A stretch of 37,917 bases of DNA, taken from positions 1-37,917 of the IMG/VR virus record IMGVR_UViG_3300010273_000004; one strand, given 5' to 3'. Within the stretch, counting starts at the first letter, position 1. Each line of letters starts with the position of its first letter. Made by a program: the position numbers and the translations under genes. Source of the DNA: a virus. Its lineage: Duplodnaviria; Caudoviricetes. Shown piece by piece: positions 15,794 through 24,370 of this stretch. Below the pieces are notes generated by a model. The model was not told the DNA's origin, ran no database searches, and worked only from the letters and a program-made list of their open reading frames with translations.

Positions 15794-18399
15794 TTCCAGT
15801 CGAAATAAAGCTCAAAAATTTCACTTCATATAAAGACGAAACCGTCAATCTGGAAGGTTTCGATATCGCAGTCGCGACGGGAGAGAACGGAGCCGGCAAA
15901 AGCTCCCTGGCCACCGATGCAATTACCTGGTGCCTGTTCGGTGAGGGCAGCAAGGGCGGGAGGAAAAACATGAACGATTACGTCAGGCGCGGCGAGCAGG
16001 AGTGCCGTGTCGAGCTGCAGTTCAGGCTTGGGAATGATTTGTACAGGGTCGTACGCCACCGGTCCGTGGCCAAGGACAAAACAATGCTCGAGTTTTTCGT
16101 CTGGGGCATGGATCCTCAGGACGGTACCGAGAAATGGATCCCGAGATCCGGAAAGGGAATAGCGGATACCCAGGAGATCATCGAGAGAACGCTCCGGATG
16201 GACTACCGCACATTTACGTCATCGTCTCTGATCCTGCAGGGGAAATCGGATAGCTTCACCAGCGACATGACGGACGCCGAGAGGAAAGACGCTCTGGCCA
16301 GGATCCTCGGCCTGGACATTTGGGACAGACTGCAGGAGAAGGTGAAGGCAGGCATGAAGCAGCTGAACGAAAAGGTGAATCAGTTCTCAGCCAAGAAAGA
16401 ACCTCTTCAGGCCAGAATAGAAGATGCGGTATCGACTGAGAAGCAGCTGCAGGAGACCAGGAAGCAACTCGCAGAGTGCGAGAAGATCATTCATGATCTG
16501 CAGGTAGAAATCGATGGTATCAACGCTCAGTTGGCCAGAAAGAAAGTCCTTGAAGAAAAATCAGAAGAGCTTTCGAGAAAAAGGAAGGCTCTGGAGGATG
16601 ATGAGAAAAAGCTCAGGGACGAGATAGCTGCGTTAAACGTGAAAATCGCTGGTATCAAATATGCACTCGAGAGAAAAAAGGATGTCGAGCTGGCCATCGA
16701 AAAGGAAAAGTTCCTGGCTGAGAAGATTGCTGAGATCGAGAAGGAACTGGCCAAAAAGCCATTACTCGAACAGCAGAAGGATGATCTCGAGAAACAGATC
16801 TCCCAGGCAGAAGCTGAGATGTCCAGGCTCAAAAATGAGGCCGCCAACATTGACGTCGAACTCATAGAACTCCAGGACATTATCAAAAGGAAGGATGATA
16901 TCCTGGCTGCCTGCGAAAGTGAACAGGAACTTGTTGCTGAGCTTTCAGAACATGAGCAGGCTTCAAAGAGATACATGGAACTCAGCAAAGCGATGGAGAC
17001 TGTATTCAAGCAAGCCAGCGACTGGAAAGCGAAGCATGACGCAGAGATCGCAAGCATACAGACTGAGATCCAGGCAAAGCAGCCGCTTGTTGAAACCCTT
17101 GAAAGAGTTCCATGTAGCGGAACGGATAAGGAGACATGTCCGCTGCTGGCCAGTGCCAGATCGGCTGCAGAAGATCTCATCTATCTCGGTGACAGGCTTT
17201 CATCAGAATTAGCCAAAGACAATCCTTACAAAGACCATTATAAGAAGCTCGCCGATGAAAGGACCCGGCTCAAGTACGATGCTAATCAGCATGCAGCATG
17301 CAAGAATCTCCTGGAAGAGGTCCGGAAAATATCCAGCCTCAAGGTTAAGTTGGATGCTGCTGAAGTGCGCAAGGTCGAGTTGGAGAATCGCGATGCTGAG
17401 ATCAAGCAGCGTATGAAGGAAATCGAGGTCACCGATGATCAGAAGCAAAAACTTGCTCAGCTTGCATCAGATATCTCCTTGTTGGCATCCAAGGAGAGGA
17501 ATCTTCCTGAATATCGCCAGGAGATGGCCGAGGCACAAAAACTCACCGGGAAGAAAGCAGAGATCGACAGCCAGGAAGCTCTCCTTCCGGAAATGGAATC
17601 GCTGCTTGCAAATGCTGATGAAAAACTCGGTAAGATCATCAGTGACATTCAGGCAATAGATGGCCAGGATCTTGACGTAAATATCCAAATAGCCGAAATC
17701 GACCACCTATCCGATGTTCTGCAGGAGAAAACATCTCAGTTGCAATTCTTCAAAGGCAACGAATCATCCTGTCGTACGGCCATTGGCGGGTATGAGCAGT
17801 ACCTCAAGGACGCAGCTGCAGCAAGGAAGGAACTCGATGAGATAGAAACTGCAGAAAAAGATCTGAAATCCCAACTGGCCACATACGAGATCCTCGAGAA
17901 GGCCTGCGGCAAAAAGTCAGGCGTGCCGGCGCTGATCATCGAAAATGCGGTACCCGAGATCGAACGCCTGGCCAACGACATGCTGAACAGGATCACCGGC
18001 GGCAGGATGCAGCTGAGGCTTGAAACCCAGATCGAGGGCAAGAGCACCGGCGTCATGCAGGACGTCCTCCGGATCACAATTCTCGATGAAGGTCTCCCTG
18101 GACCATATCAGACATTCTCCGGAGCCGAAAGGTTCATCATCGATATTAGCCTCCGTGTGGCTATATCGAAGTTCCTGGCCCATCGTGCCGGCGCTGAGAT
18201 CAAGCTGCTGGTAATCGATGAGGGTTTTGGTTCCCTTGACGCTACAGGCCGACAGAAGATCCTCGATGTTATAAACACAGTCCGCCAAGACTTTGAAAAG
18301 GTGATCATCATCACCCACCTGGATGAACTCAAGGACGCTTTCCCGAGGAGGATCGAAGTCACCAAGGGACCAGACGGCAGCAAGGTACATGTGGCATAA
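15790..18399 (+). CDS. sbcC: SbcC/Rad50-family SMC-like ATPase
   Basis: LKNF, Walker A GENGAGKS, Q-loop LQG, long coiled coil, signature FSGAE, Walker B LVIDE, D-loop GSLD, H-loop ITH. Confidence 0.95.
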   Translation: MIPVEIKLKNFTSYKDETVNLEGFDIAVATGENGAGKSSLATDAITWCLFGEGSKGGRKNMNDYVRRGEQECRVELQFRLGNDLYRVVRHRSVAKDKTMLEFFVWGMDPQDGTEKWIPRSGKGIADTQEIIERTLRMDYRTFTSSSLILQGKSDSFTSDMTDAERKDALARILGLDIWDRLQEKVKAGMKQLNEKVNQFSAKKEPLQARIEDAVSTEKQLQETRKQLAECEKIIHDLQVEIDGINAQLARKKVLEEKSEELSRKRKALEDDEKKLRDEIAALNVKIAGIKYALERKKDVELAIEKEKFLAEKIAEIEKELAKKPLLEQQKDDLEKQISQAEAEMSRLKNEAANIDVELIELQDIIKRKDDILAACESEQELVAELSEHEQASKRYMELSKAMETVFKQASDWKAKHDAEIASIQTEIQAKQPLVETLERVPCSGTDKETCPLLASARSAAEDLIYLGDRLSSELAKDNPYKDHYKKLADERTRLKYDANQHAACKNLLEEVRKISSLKVKLDAAEVRKVELENRDAEIKQRMKEIEVTDDQKQKLAQLASDISLLASKERNLPEYRQEMAEAQKLTGKKAEIDSQEALLPEMESLLANADEKLGKIISDIQAIDGQDLDVNIQIAEIDHLSDVLQEKTSQLQFFKGNESSCRTAIGGYEQYLKDAAAARKELDEIETAEKDLKSQLATYEILEKACGKKSGVPALIIENAVPEIERLANDMLNRITGGRMQLRLETQIEGKSTGVMQDVLRITILDEGLPGPYQTFSGAERFIIDISLRVAISKFLAHRAGAEIKLLVIDEGFGSLDATGRQKILDVINTVRQDFEKVIIITHLDELKDAFPRRIEVTKGPDGSKVHVA

Positions 18400-18423
18400 G
18401 GGACAGGAAGGAGAGTGTGAATA

Positions 18424-18702
18424 ATGATTATCCTCAACCAGGATCACGATGAGATATTCACACTATCCGATAAAGGCTTCCTATTCAGAGGCAGGATTTA
18501 CGTCAGAGCTCAGTATTTTCAAGGGCGACTTATGGGATGGAACATCATAGGCGAAAAGCTGACTCGGAAAACACTTCTAGGCACCTATGATTACGAAGAC
18601 GAAGCACGACAGATAGTTGAGGAAATTTACAAGCTGGCTAAAGCCAGAAAAGGGTTTTATGCAATGCCTGAACCATCGATCGATCTCATGATGTGGAGGT
18701 GA
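18424..18702 (+). CDS. Hypothetical phage protein
   Basis: 92 aa; LLGTY...A...EEI...YAMP pattern; SD AAGGAG. Confidence 0.7.
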   Translation: MIILNQDHDEIFTLSDKGFLFRGRIYVRAQYFQGRLMGWNIIGEKLTRKTLLGTYDYEDEARQIVEEIYKLAKARKGFYAMPEPSIDLMMWR

Positions 18703-18706
18703 CCTT

Positions 18707-18805
18707 ATGAAGTGGTTGGAGAAAAAATGCAGGGAATCTGATGCTTTCTCCTGGGGGATCACAGCTTTAGGGATTGCTGTAATTGTAGCTATAGCATTTT
18801 TATGA
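18707..18805 (+). CDS. 32-aa membrane peptide
   Basis: MKWLEKKCRESDAFSWGITALGIAVIVAIAFL; SD GGAGGTGA; ATGA overlap with the next gene. Confidence 0.6.
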   Translation: MKWLEKKCRESDAFSWGITALGIAVIVAIAFL

Positions 18806-19071
18806 GCGGGGTGAATCAAATGAAACGCAATCGTCCGGCTAAGATGAGCATCTGGGATTTCATAAGAATCAAGTATTACAGATGGGGAATCTGGAACTTC
18901 TTTGCAATACGTTTGCCTTCATGGATCCGCAGTATACTCGGCTACTGGTACTGTGGATACTGTGAAAAGTATCATTCGACCCTGGTGTTCAGGTACGACA
19001 TAACCGGCGGGATCGGCGACGACGTCTGCTCGCTCGGCAAGGAGCCTAAGACGATAGCCAAAAAAGGCTAA
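18802..19071 (+). CDS. Hypothetical protein with a CxxC...H motif
   Basis: WYCGYCEKYH; operon packing. Confidence 0.6.
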   Translation: MSGVNQMKRNRPAKMSIWDFIRIKYYRWGIWNFFAIRLPSWIRSILGYWYCGYCEKYHSTLVFRYDITGGIGDDVCSLGKEPKTIAKKG

Positions 19072-19088
19072 GGAAGGGAGCGTTACAT

Positions 19089-19355
19089 ATGATGATGGTT
19101 TTGGGGATCGTAGCAATCACTCTTACCTGCGCTTCAGTGGCGGCCGGGATCAGCCTCATTGTATTTGTCATGATGCCTGATATCCGGCGGATCTGGCGCC
19201 GGATCAAATTAGAAGAAAAAAAGAGAAAGGAGGCTGAGAAGAAGAGGACAGAGACAACAGCAAAGGTGATCAAGCTCAGTATGTACACCTACGACAGAAA
19301 CAGGAAGCTCGTCAATCTGGGAGAGTACAGTCCCAGGACATCTAAGCGGACATAG
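19089..19355 (+). CDS. Membrane-anchored basic protein
   Basis: N-terminal TM segment, Lys/Arg-rich tail, SD AAGGGAG. Confidence 0.65.
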   Translation: MMMVLGIVAITLTCASVAAGISLIVFVMMPDIRRIWRRIKLEEKKRKEAEKKRTETTAKVIKLSMYTYDRNRKLVNLGEYSPRTSKRT

Positions 19356-19395
19356 CATTGAGCGGTGACAGAAATCATTTTACGGAGGCCCTGAG

Positions 19396-20142
19396 ATGAA
19401 TTACCTGTACGAGATAAATGCGTTTTACAGCTGGCTAAAAATAAACACTCCGTCTAAATCGGAAATTGCTCTGTGGCATGCTTTTATGCACCTCAACAAT
19501 ATATCCGATTGGCAAGTGGTGTTTACAGTGCCGCTTACTACGCTCTCGTTGGTATCAGGGCTGAGCGTATCCGATGTGAAACGGTACCGCAACAGACTGG
19601 TCCAGAAGGGGAGGATCCTCTGGAGGGAACGGAAGGGCAACCAGTCAGCCCAATATGTGATCATACCGTTCGATGAGACGGAAAGAAAAGCGCGGGAGGA
19701 TATAATCAACGAATTTGCGGCTCAATTTGCGGCTCATATTGGACCGCAAACTGCTCCACAAAAGACTGTGGCTCATAGTGAGCCGCAAAGTGCTCCACAA
19801 GTTGCACCACAAATTGCTCCACAAAGTGCTCCACAAATTGCACCCATTAATAAACAAAACAAAACAGAAATTATTAATGACATTGATAATGATACAGAAA
19901 GTAAACCGCGCGCGCAGGATCCTGATGATGAACCATATGAGTTTACAACCGGGATCTATCTGTCACCACGTCAAGTGCGAGACCTATCAGGCCGTTTTCA
20001 CCGGAATTATTCAATCTTTGTGCGCTTATATACCGAACTGGCCAGGAAGAAACAGCAGGGGTATAAACCGCCTGGCAGCGACTATGAAGAACTACTGAAG
20101 ATGATAGCAGAGGCTAAGAGGAGAAATGTTGCAGGCAGTTAG
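19396..20142 (+). CDS. Phage replication initiator (DnaD-like winged-helix N-terminus)
   Basis: MNYLYEINAFY..SEIALWHAFMHLNN...RNRLVQKG.I motif; internal APQ repeats (iterons). Confidence 0.85.
   Translation: MNYLYEINAFYSWLKINTPSKSEIALWHAFMHLNNISDWQVVFTVPLTTLSLVSGLSVSDVKRYRNRLVQKGRILWRERKGNQSAQYVIIPFDETERKAREDIINEFAAQFAAHIGPQTAPQKTVAHSEPQSAPQVAPQIAPQSAPQIAPINKQNKTEIINDIDNDTESKPRAQDPDDEPYEFTTGIYLSPRQVRDLSGRFHRNYSIFVRLYTELARKKQQGYKPPGSDYEELLKMIAEAKRRNVAGS
19714..19880 (+). repeat. Iteron array plus AT-rich tract: probable replication origin
   Basis: About ten 12-bp units (e.g. AGTGCTCCACAA, ATTGCTCCACAA, TTTGCGGCTCAA) followed by ATTAATAAACAAAACAAAACAGAAATTATTAAT. Confidence 0.8.
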
Positions 20143-20488
20143 CGTCGCTTTTGTGAGGGTGCGAAAGATGAGGCTGGGCGAGGAAAGAAAATTTTATCCT
20201 GAGAGGGTGAAAAGGAAACTTGAGGCCTACTCAGAGAACTATTTCGCTCTATTGATAGCGATACTGGCCGACGTCACCCCTGAAGAGGCTTTCCTTACTC
20301 TCGGTGAAAAACACCTGGTAAAGTTTATCGACCACAAGAAGTACACCACGGACGACATATACGACATGCTCAACATGAGGGCCCACGGAGCCACACTGAC
20401 AGAAATAGGTGCAATATATGACCTCACGCCGAAAATGGTGGCGCAGATCCTCAGGGTGTACGGAAAGGAGAGAAAGATCGATGAGTAG
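20126..20488 (+). CDS. HTH protein (C-terminal sigma-4/Mor-like HTH); candidate late activator
   Basis: YTTDDIYDMLNMRAHGATLTEIGAIYDLTPKMVAQILR. Confidence 0.6.
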   Translation: MLQAVSVAFVRVRKMRLGEERKFYPERVKRKLEAYSENYFALLIAILADVTPEEAFLTLGEKHLVKFIDHKKYTTDDIYDMLNMRAHGATLTEIGAIYDLTPKMVAQILRVYGKERKIDE

Positions 20489-20738
20489 ATGCAAGTACTG
20501 TAATGCACTGATCGATTGGGTGCAGACGGAGAGCGGCAGGAAGATGCCCGTTGATCCTCAGGTAATAACGATCATCCAGGACAATCTCGGCGACATCGAA
20601 GGCATAACGCTTTATGGCCAGGAGATCCGTGGCAAGCTGACATACATGACGACGCCGGGAGCTGTGCCGGTGCAGATCCCGCATTACAAGACATGTAAGA
20701 ATAAGCCGGCGCAGAAACAGGGACGGCGGCCGTCATGA
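20481..20738 (+). CDS. Zn-binding hypothetical phage protein
   Basis: CKYC..I.W..T.SGRKMPVD...PHYKTC; SD AAGGAG. Confidence 0.75.
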   Translation: MSRCKYCNALIDWVQTESGRKMPVDPQVITIIQDNLGDIEGITLYGQEIRGKLTYMTTPGAVPVQIPHYKTCKNKPAQKQGRRPS

Positions 20739-21235
20739 ACATGACGTATGAGCAACTGATGCAACTGCTGAAGAATAACCCGGCGCTGCGGATCCGCCCG
20801 GAGGATATGGCCAAGCTCAAAGAAGTCCAGGAGGAAGAGAAAAAGCACAAGTACAACGCAAAGCCTGGGTACCTGGACGGGATTTATTTCGACTCTCAGG
20901 CAGAAATGGAACGGTACGGCGAGCTGTTAATTCTGAAGCTGGCCAAAGTGATCAAGGACTTCAGGATACATCCCAGGTACAAGATAAGCCAAAACAAATA
21001 CTATGAGGCGGATTTTGAAGTGATTTACCCGGATGGCCACATCGAAGTCGAGGACGTGAAAGGGTATGAGACCCCGGAATTCAAGCTGAAGGCGGATCTG
21101 TTCCGGGAGAAATACCCGGATATGACACTAAAGATCATTAAGAACCAGGAGGGATCAGAGTGGGAAGGAGAAAGAGTTTATTTCCGAAACCGAAAAAAGA
21201 AAAAGCCGAATACAGGGACGCCCCGGAAGATCTGA
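20735..21235 (+). CDS. DUF1064-family PD-(D/E)xK endonuclease
   Basis: KYNAK..LDGIYFDS.AE, YEADF, VEDVKG. Confidence 0.88.
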   Translation: MNMTYEQLMQLLKNNPALRIRPEDMAKLKEVQEEEKKHKYNAKPGYLDGIYFDSQAEMERYGELLILKLAKVIKDFRIHPRYKISQNKYYEADFEVIYPDGHIEVEDVKGYETPEFKLKADLFREKYPDMTLKIIKNQEGSEWEGERVYFRNRKKKKPNTGTPRKI

Positions 21236-21678
21236 AGCTCATGGCGGCCAGGCTGATCAGCGATCACCATCAGCATCTTGCTGAGGCAAAGATCTGTTAC
21301 CTGGTACGGACCGGTGAATGGAAAAAGAAGGGCAAGGACGTGTTCGGCAAGGCCGAGCGTGTGTCACAGAAAAACAAGTACCTGACGGGATACGACTTCA
21401 TCATCACAATCAGTAATCGCGCCTGGACTATGGCTCCGGACGAAAGATTCAAAGAGGCGCTCCTGGATCACGAGCTGACGCACTGCTGCAAGGATGAGGA
21501 CAAGGAAGGGAATCCGAAGTGGTACATCCAGGATCATTCAGTAGAGGATTTCAACTCCGTGATCCGCCGGTATGGCCTCTGGGATGCAAGCCTGAGGATC
21601 TTTATCGACGCCTACCATGAACACAAGCAGATCTCGATGTTCGACAACGAGGAGAAGAAAACAGGAACAGAAGGATAA
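21160..21678 (+). CDS. Putative phage metallopeptidase
   Basis: ALLDHELTHC...HSVEDF..VIRRYG; YDFIITI. Confidence 0.85.
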   Translation: MGRRKSLFPKPKKEKAEYRDAPEDLKLMAARLISDHHQHLAEAKICYLVRTGEWKKKGKDVFGKAERVSQKNKYLTGYDFIITISNRAWTMAPDERFKEALLDHELTHCCKDEDKEGNPKWYIQDHSVEDFNSVIRRYGLWDASLRIFIDAYHEHKQISMFDNEEKKTGTEG

Positions 21679-21723
21679 GGGCTGCTTTTTGCGGTCCTCA
21701 GAAACTTTTTGAGGAGGGGTTAC

Positions 21724-22374
21724 GTGAAACATATATTTAAGGTCATCGCCATAGCTGTTTTGACGGTGTTCACAATTTACAGCCTTGCCTTTTTGATCGC
21801 TGACAGGGAGGTCCTGCAAAATCTCCGGAAGCAAAACAATGAGCTCATGCTGCAGCTGAAACGGAATAATGAGGATCTGCGGGCAAGGATCGATGAGATG
21901 GGTAAAACGATCGAGGATCTCAACAAGCAACTGCAGGAGCAGGAGGAAAAGGTCGACGGGCTTGAGAGATGGATGGAAGCCCAAGGGGAAGCGATAGTAG
22001 ACCTGCAGGACAGGACTGACTTCCTGGATCGTGGAGGAACACGCCCGGCCAAAAAGACGATGCACGTCACGGCCTATTGGGAAGGCAGCTGCGGCAAGAA
22101 GCCAGGTCATCCTTTGTATGGTATCACGGCCTGCGGCGAATATGTCCGGGAGTGGTACACGGTAGCAGCTGGTCCGGATGTACCGTTCGGGACCATCGTG
22201 TATATACCTTACTTCAGGGATAAGCCGAACGGCGGGTTTTTCGTGGTCAAGGACCGGGGCAGCGCCATTGACAACAATGACATCGACGTGTATATGACGA
22301 CGCCCGAGGCCTGTTTTGTGCACGGTGAAAGGTACCTGGACGTGTACATACTGGGGACTGAAGGGGCAGCATAG
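21724..22374 (+). CDS. Membrane-anchored coiled-coil plus 3D-domain (lytic transglycosylase-like) protein
   Basis: N-terminal TM; VTAY, GITA.G, TVAA, PFGT.VYIP, DRGSAI, DIDVY. Confidence 0.88.
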   Translation: MKHIFKVIAIAVLTVFTIYSLAFLIADREVLQNLRKQNNELMLQLKRNNEDLRARIDEMGKTIEDLNKQLQEQEEKVDGLERWMEAQGEAIVDLQDRTDFLDRGGTRPAKKTMHVTAYWEGSCGKKPGHPLYGITACGEYVREWYTVAAGPDVPFGTIVYIPYFRDKPNGGFFVVKDRGSAIDNNDIDVYMTTPEACFVHGERYLDVYILGTEGAA

Positions 22375-22395
22375 AAGCAAAAAGGGGAAGATCAA

Positions 22396-22620
22396 GTGCT
22401 GGATAAGTCACATAAAACTTTAAGGATTTGCCAAGTTCGAATGCTGCAATCTTGCAGAATCGAAAATGACCCATTCATTGGGCATTGCAAAGTATATGAA
22501 TGCAAGGTAGTTGGTATGAACTTCCCATGCCTGTTAGAAGTTTCTGCTGAATCGTTAATTAACGACATCTGCTCAAGATGCGACTACTCTTTACTTCCCA
22601 ATAACGGAGAGGAGTGCTGA
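22396..22620 (+). CDS. Cys-rich hypothetical protein
   Basis: 74 aa, GTG after AGGGG; fills the operon gap. Confidence 0.45.
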   Translation: MLDKSHKTLRICQVRMLQSCRIENDPFIGHCKVYECKVVGMNFPCLLEVSAESLINDICSRCDYSLLPNNGEEC

Positions 22621-22621
22621 T

Positions 22622-22798
22622 ATGGCTCACACATGCCCGGAGTGCGGACAGACATGTTACTGCAACGGCGACTGGGATGACGCCATAGTTGACAGCGGTG
22701 AGGCAATAGCCAACTGCACACATTGTTATCCTACCGAGGAGGATCTCGGAGTTGGATACGAGGATGAGAGCGACAACGATGGTGATTACTGGTATTGA
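22622..22798 (+). CDS. 58-aa acidic Zn-finger protein
   Basis: Manual translation MAHTCPECGQTCYCNGDWDDAIVDSGEAIANCTHCYPTEEDLGVGYEDESDNDGDYWY; SD GGAGAGGAG. Confidence 0.75.
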   Translation: MAHTCPECGQTCYCNGDWDDAIVDSGEAIANCTHCYPTEEDLGVGYEDESDNDGDYWY

Positions 22799-22823
22799 GA
22801 CAAAGCGATAGGAGGTCAGGATA

Positions 22824-23111
22824 ATGCTGAATCTTGATGAAGCTGTAAAGAAAGCATACGAGAGTATCAGACGGGATCGTTACGAAGATGACAAAATCTT
22901 AATTCATATCAGCAACTTGGTATCTGAAGCGATCAGGCAGAATGCAAACGAAAGATCAAAGCTGAACGCCGCAATAAATAAGGCTGCTGAGTTCTTGGGC
23001 GAAAATAGAAGCTGCCCGCCGGAACGCGACGATTGTGGTGATTTTGTAGATTGTGCGTATTGCTGGCGGACTTATTTGATGAGAGGGATGGACGATGCCG
23101 GAATATCTTGA
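22824..23111 (+). CDS. Hypothetical protein with a C-terminal CP...C...CxxCW motif
   Basis: SD AGGAGGT. Confidence 0.7.
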   Translation: MLNLDEAVKKAYESIRRDRYEDDKILIHISNLVSEAIRQNANERSKLNAAINKAAEFLGENRSCPPERDDCGDFVDCAYCWRTYLMRGMDDAGIS

Positions 23112-23415
23112 ATCCCGTTGCTGCCTGTGCCCGAACGTAGGGAAGGATGAGGAAAGCGACATATGCCCGGGTATACCAGGCACGTCTCATCCGGATCCGT
23201 CTCCCTGCAGGTTCGTGAAAACATACGTCGACGAGAGGGGGTGGAAGTACAGAGTAATGCCGGGGATCGGTATTAACACCTACAAGGCGAGGTATCAGAA
23301 ACCCGGAAAGCCAGGATGGCACGGTGTTGCCAAACTGCCATGGAGGGAAAGTTTCGATGTAGCCCAGGCGGATCTCAACCAGCTGGCCAAAGAAAAACAA
23401 TGGGATGAAGCATAG
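23095..23415 (+). CDS. Hypothetical protein
   Basis: Cys-rich N-terminus; YKARYQKP...W..LPW motif. Confidence 0.7.
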   Translation: MPEYLESRCCLCPNVGKDEESDICPGIPGTSHPDPSPCRFVKTYVDERGWKYRVMPGIGINTYKARYQKPGKPGWHGVAKLPWRESFDVAQADLNQLAKEKQWDEA

Positions 23416-23434
23416 CGACGAAGGGGGAGTGACG

Positions 23435-23857
23435 ATGCCGAGCAAAGCTGAAAGACTCTGCGCACAGATACTGAGGATCTTTGACAACACGACCAGGAAG
23501 TATGACGAGAACTATGAGGCGATCGGGAAGCTCGAAAAGGAGCAGCAGGATATACTCCATGAGATTGAGCTGGCAGAGCTGCAGGACCAGGAGAGAGGGT
23601 ACAGCTTATATGTTGAGCTACGGGAGATTCGGAGGAACCGGCGCAGGCTCCGGGACGAGAACGAGCTGCTCAAGCCACTGGTGGAACTGTTCAGGGAAAA
23701 CGAGCGCTTCAGGCAGCGGGTATACAAAACATGCGCCACGATCCGGGAGTTGGAGAGGCTGCAGGAGGAAAGGAAGTACATGCCGAGGGTGCGGGATGAT
23801 CTGACGATCTGCCAGGACCAGGAGCATGACCAGGACGATGGAAGGGAGGTAGGATGA
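23435..23857 (+). CDS. Coiled-coil hypothetical phage protein
   Basis: QDILHEIEL...LREIRRNRR..KDE-like motif...Y.PRV. Confidence 0.75.
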   Translation: MPSKAERLCAQILRIFDNTTRKYDENYEAIGKLEKEQQDILHEIELAELQDQERGYSLYVELREIRRNRRRLRDENELLKPLVELFRENERFRQRVYKTCATIRELERLQEERKYMPRVRDDLTICQDQEHDQDDGREVG

Positions 23858-24367
23858 TTGGCCAAAAAGTACGCGTCGGGACAGAGCTATGAGGCAAAGC
23901 TGGAACGAGTGATGGAAAGGCTGAACGTCAAGGAATTCAATTATAACTATGACCGGTTCGGGGCCTGGGTGGAATTCAGGTATAAGGGAGATCTCTACAG
24001 ATTCGATCATACGGTGGAGAAGGCAAGGAGCAGGGGAGTGGATATCAGCTACGGATCCGACGCATTCGCGCAGATCGTACTCGCCCTGGAGGACCTGGCC
24101 CGGATGGTGGAACGCGGCATATACGACCTGCAGACATGGATCTCCGGGATGAAGTTCCTTCCGCCGGTGATCGAGGTACCGAGTTTTCTTAAATCACTCG
24201 GATTTGACAGGATCCCGGACAGTACCGAGGACGTGAAAGCGCGGTACCGGTCCCTGGCCAAACAGCTGCATCCCGATGCCGGCGGCAATACGGAAGATTT
24301 CATAAAGCTGGAGAGGGCCTGCGAAGATTCGATCAGGTACCTCCAAACAATGGGGAAGGGAGGATGA
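23858..24367 (+). CDS. J-domain (DnaJ-like) protein
   Basis: C-terminal VKARYRSLAKQLHPDAGGNTEDF with HPD motif. Confidence 0.88.
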   Translation: MAKKYASGQSYEAKLERVMERLNVKEFNYNYDRFGAWVEFRYKGDLYRFDHTVEKARSRGVDISYGSDAFAQIVLALEDLARMVERGIYDLQTWISGMKFLPPVIEVPSFLKSLGFDRIPDSTEDVKARYRSLAKQLHPDAGGNTEDFIKLERACEDSIRYLQTMGKGG

Positions 24368-24370
24368 GAA

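Noticed and set aside
19714-19845. CRISPR array or diversity-generating repeat
   Set aside because: Adjacent 12-bp units without spacers inside the initiator gene fit iterons; no cas or RT gene in the window
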